From: a virus
Strand: one strand, 5' to 3'
Virus record (IMG/VR): IMGVR_UViG_3300042691_030495
Length of the DNA: 64,000 nt
Shown here: in pieces, positions 57,132-64,000 of the stretch
Layout of the letters: each line of letters starts with the position of its first letter
Position numbering within the stretch: the stretch's first letter is position 1
Notes under the pieces: generated by a model
The model's input: the letters and a program-made list of their open reading frames with translations, nothing else
Told to the model about the DNA's origin: nothing
Database searches by the model: none
Program-made: the position numbers and the translations under genes

Positions 57132-60115
57132 CTATGCCTGTGCTTCAGTCCAGGAAATACGTCCAAGCAGCTGAGCATTAATAGTTCCAGTATTTGTAAC
57201 CACAATAGTAAGAACGTCCGGCCCGTCAGGGTAAATCTGTTGATTTACTTGAGACACTCCGCCGCTAAGAATAGATGTACCTAAATCTCTAACTAGATCT
57301 AAATCCAAACTTCCAGTTCCAGCTACAAAGTATCCTGCTACTACTTCTCCTCCAAGAATAGGTATATCCCTAGAGCTGTAGTCCGCAATCTGTGCGAGTG
57401 AGGAGTTGGCCTGAGCTCCAGCATTACCGGTAGCGTCAGTCCAAGACTGGCTGGTTGCTGGAACTCCATTTAGAATTGCCCGTACAAGGAAGTTTCCACT
57501 AGTTCTTGCAGATATTCCTAGGCTTCTTAGGGTTAGCTGCATTCTATTGACAACTTCTCTGCCGCCAAACTCGCTAATTAAACCATTATCAACGGATGGA
57601 GCTATTCGTATTGAAAACAATGATCTAGTTATGTTAGGTGCAATTGTTATGCTGTTTCGCTGTCCATAAGTAAAAACTAAGGACTTGTCATCATCATAGC
57701 CACCGTCCATAATTACCGACGTTCCCCAGTGGGAGACTGTTGGAGAGAACTGCGGGTAAGCGTTTTCTACTATTACTGGCGACTGCTCTAGGTACGTAAA
57801 TGCTTGAGGTATGTCGCTCATTGGGGCAAAAATTACTGCAGGAGGATTCAAACTAGTAGCTGCCTTGCTAAAAGTTATAACGCTTCCAGATATTCCAACT
57901 ACAAATGTTCCTTCTGGGAAGCTGTTAGATATTACTCTTTGTCCAATTTGAACGTTTGCTAGGTCAGCTTCATCAAATACTGTTCCTACCGATGACCCCA
58001 CCGCAATTGTTAAATCTACTGATGGGTTTCCGGTCTTTACGCGAGTTAATCCAGTAAATGATGTTGCAGTTTTGTTAGCATAATTCATTAGCTCTACTTT
58101 AGTGCCGTTTCTAACTACCAAAGTTCCTGACTGGTTGAATTCGGCAGTAGAGTCAACATAAAGTGTAGTATCTGATGTAGTTAAGTTTGCAGATATTTTT
58201 GTATACACTGGTATGGTGTTTGTTTCGTATCTTCCTGGCAAGTTACCAGAACGCATGTAAGCTTCTAGATTTACGTTATTGTTTGCTTCTTTGTGTACAT
58301 ATGTGACTTCACCATCGGTTGTTCTAAGGCCCCAGCGGACGGCACCAGCACCATACCAAGAGTAGTCAATAAAGAACATTTGCATTCTGTTTAAGTCTAA
58401 ATTGTAGCCAGAATACCCGGTGCCATCTACTTTATCTATATTCCACTGATCTTGAGGAATTTTCTTGTTAACTGTCTTAGAAACTATAACATTTGTAGCT
58501 GACAGTCCTCGGTAGGACGGAGAAATGGTAAGACTTGTATCACTTTCAATGCTTAAAACTTTGTACGATTGTCCTCTAAGGACTATGTAATCTCCTGGAT
58601 TTAATTGATTAGTAAAGCTTGTCGGAAAGTCTGGTCCAGACTGTGCTACGGTGTTTCCCCCATTAGTGACAGTTACCCTACCAGAAATCTGATACGTGGA
58701 GCTTCTTTGTACGGCATATAATTTTTTACCATCGTATTCAAAAAATATTCCATTTTGCTCATCAAAAAGACCAACTCTAACAACAGATCCAGTCCACTGA
58801 CTTACCGTAATGTAATATCGTCCAGTTGCGTTTGGTGGTAGAGGTAGGGTTGTCTTTACTGTAAATCTATTATATGTAAGAACTGAGTCCACTAAATAAG
58901 TACCGTTGTAGTCAGTAGTATCTGAGTTAATGATGTTTATCTGTACACCTGGAACCAGATTGTGTTGTTCTTTTGTTTGAATTGTAATTGTGTCACCATC
59001 GGCGGACAGCTCATCTAGTTGAAAAGATGGCTTAAGTAGGCTACCGGAGCTATACTGAATTCCTTTACCTGACTGGTAACGGAAGTAACGTCTAGTTTGT
59101 CTAATTGCCTGCTGATTATTAGAATTTCCATTTGTTGAAAATATTACTCCACCATCAAAAGGCCTGTGGGCAAATGTCCCCTGAGGCCTAACATAAAGTT
59201 TTGCAGTGCCACCTATTGTTCCTGTTGGCTCAGCGTCTGCGTAGAATACTATAGTTGTTGGATTTAATACTGTTGAGACTGTCCATGAGCCGTTTGGTGC
59301 GTTAGTATCGGCGGTTGTTCCGGTTAGTGCGATATTGTTTCCAATTGACAGACCGTGTGGGACACTAGTTACAACAGTAACTTTTGTTCCAGTATATGTT
59401 ACAGTTGGATTGGTTCCTATTGGTGCTGAAGCGAAAGGCTGAGCTATAAAAATAGAGGTTTTATTGCTGTCAACTAAAGATGTTATAGATGTACTGTTTT
59501 CTGCAGTGGCATAGTATGTAAACTGAGATGTTCCTCCACCACCTTCAATTAGGTACGTTCCATCTGCTGGCTTAACTAAAGTATCTACAATAGTTATAAT
59601 TGATCCGTCTGGCGGAGCGTAACCGGAGATTGCGGTTCCGCTCTGATCTCCGGCAGCAACGACGCTAGAGTTTGCTACTGAAAACGTTGTGGCAGACCCT
59701 ACTTCTACAATTTGATATAAACCAGTATATGCAGCAGTAACACCTGAAATGCTGACATATTCTCCAATAGTAAAACCATGATCAGCGCTAGTTGTATAAG
59801 TTACGTATCCCGTAGCTGGAGTTGCTAAGCTTATAGCTGTTACAGTTTTTGTGTTAGGTGTGAGAGTTACGGTTACAGTTTTAGACCCTGCTGGCATGGA
59901 AATAGAGGCAACATTTTTGATCGGGATAGCTGAGTTAAATGCAAATGGTCTGTTGTTGGTCATTGCCAACGCTTCCCACTTGGTACCCTGAATACCATAC
60001 TCGAAGTCGGTATCAATAAGAGCTTGTGGGGTGGACACCCTAAATTTTGCTACTGGATCAGTAAACTCTTGAGAAGGAGTAAAAGCTTGGTCAAAATTTG
60101 ATAAAAATTGTGGCA

Positions 60116-60116
<1 letters not shown>
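57132..60116 (-). CDS. large virion structural protein
   Basis: [40 protein letters not shown]; start corrected to ATG overlapping upstream TAA. Confidence 0.75.
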
Positions 60117-61715
<1,599 letters not shown>

Positions 61716-61728
61716 TAGATCTAGCTAT

Positions 61729-61736
61729 ATTTTACC
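61729..61736 (-). promoter_or_regulatory. GGTAAAAT late-type -10 element
   Basis: ATTTTACC on + strand, 42 nt upstream of collagen gene. Confidence 0.55.
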
Positions 61737-61789
61737 ATAGGACAGCCTTAGGCAGGCTAAGACTACATAGGCCTAGTTGTGCCTATTTT

Positions 61790-62122
61790 CTATTGATTTG
61801 TTTGTTTCCATGACGTGGTATCTTCATCCCACTCATAGTCATTCTCGTCTTGTGGTTCTTCAACTGGTGGATTCCAAGTTAAGCTGTCTTGATCTAAAAC
61901 CCAAGAAGGGTACACGTTGGGAGAAAAAACAACATTATTTACGCTGTCATACACTCCAGCTTTTTCACTAAAACTTGGGCTAATTCGGCTACTAGAAATG
62001 TCCACCCAAGGGCCATCGCCAAAATTGCTAAAAAGCCAGTCAGTGGGAGTTTCAATGGTTTCCTCTACTTCAACCACCCGTGAGATATATTTATCATTGT
62101 CTATCTTTGCCCAAATTGACAT
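61790..62122 (-). CDS. conserved phage hypothetical (fibre-associated)
   Basis: YPSWVLD....W.PP..P....Y.WDE....W; AGGAG SD. Confidence 0.7.
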   Translation of the reverse strand: MSIWAKIDNDKYISRVVEVEETIETPTDWLFSNFGDGPWVDISSSRISPSFSEKAGVYDSVNNVVFSPNVYPSWVLDQDSLTWNPPVEEPQDENDYEWDEDTTSWKQTNQ

Positions 62123-62129
62123 TTTTCTC

Positions 62130-62605
62130 CTAATACTTCAAAACTATAGAGTGAAGGGTTACAAATCCAGCATCGGAGTTTGTTACATAAAGTCGTATTT
62201 TTCCATTACCCGCGCCAGTAACTGGAATTGTATGAGTTCTTATGCTGTAGTTTGCATCACTAGGGTTTCCAAGTGAAAATCCGTCATAGCCGCCAGAACT
62301 TCTTGCCCAACCGAAACTTGCATAAAAATGAGGAGGGCTTACTCCAGAAGCTGAAACTTGAATTTGTATAAACTTAGCACCAATCATATTTATATTGTTG
62401 TTAGTTTCTAAAACTCCATCACACCAGTACGGAGCCCGTAAGCCTACAGTTGTAGAGGTAGTAGACATTATAGAATTTACAGTTCCTCCGGTATAGAAGT
62501 TATACCATCCACCAGTTACACTATTTGTCGGAGTGGTAGAGGCATTAAACACTACAAAGTCAGAGTACAGCGTTGAACCTAATAGTCCGCTCAAAGGCCC
62601 TGCCA

Positions 62606-62606
<1 letters not shown>
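62130..62606 (-). CDS. hypothetical virion protein
   Basis: Start corrected to MAGPLSGLLG, coupled to upstream stop. Confidence 0.6.

Positions 62607-64000
<1,394 letters not shown>

Overview
This window is 64 kb of a tailed dsDNA phage with a siphovirus-type layout, almost certainly infecting Actinobacteria (WhiB, DUF1360, MSMEG_6728-type glycosylase, head genes organised like mycobacteriophage cluster B). The moderate GC and heavy CTA codon use suggest a freshwater Microbacteriaceae-like host (inference). The + strand carries small membrane genes, an HTH protein, a candidate ncRNA, a collagen-like fibre, terminase, portal, Dps, a HiPIP-like protein, a giant acidic protein plus ArdC tandem, a multidomain prohead protease, two capsid proteins, the tail module and replication genes (PolA, RuvC-like, SNF2, Cas4-like, AAA, SSB, GT, glycosylase, WhiB). 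The - strand carries blocks with GT2-TPR, a metallophosphoesterase and several Gly-X-Thr collagen fibres, interrupted by a + strand primase-helicase. The top candidate new system lies inside the head module. An 1813-aa protein is punctuated by a protein-level G-[LF]-D-Q motif at domain boundaries. A canonical -1 slippery site (C CCA AAA plus a GC hairpin) extends it into a ~2582-aa fusion ending in two ArdC/zincin modules, and the motif recurs right after the shift and between the two ArdC copies. This looks like a capsid-packaged, proteolytically processed polyprotein cassette of ~11 effectors. A second motif ([AP]-[ILV]-[TV]-A-[AS]) marks the head proteins, and the protease gene appears to have two protease-like domains. 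No tRNA, integrase, endolysin or CRISPR array was seen. All family assignments come from motif recognition, not database searches.
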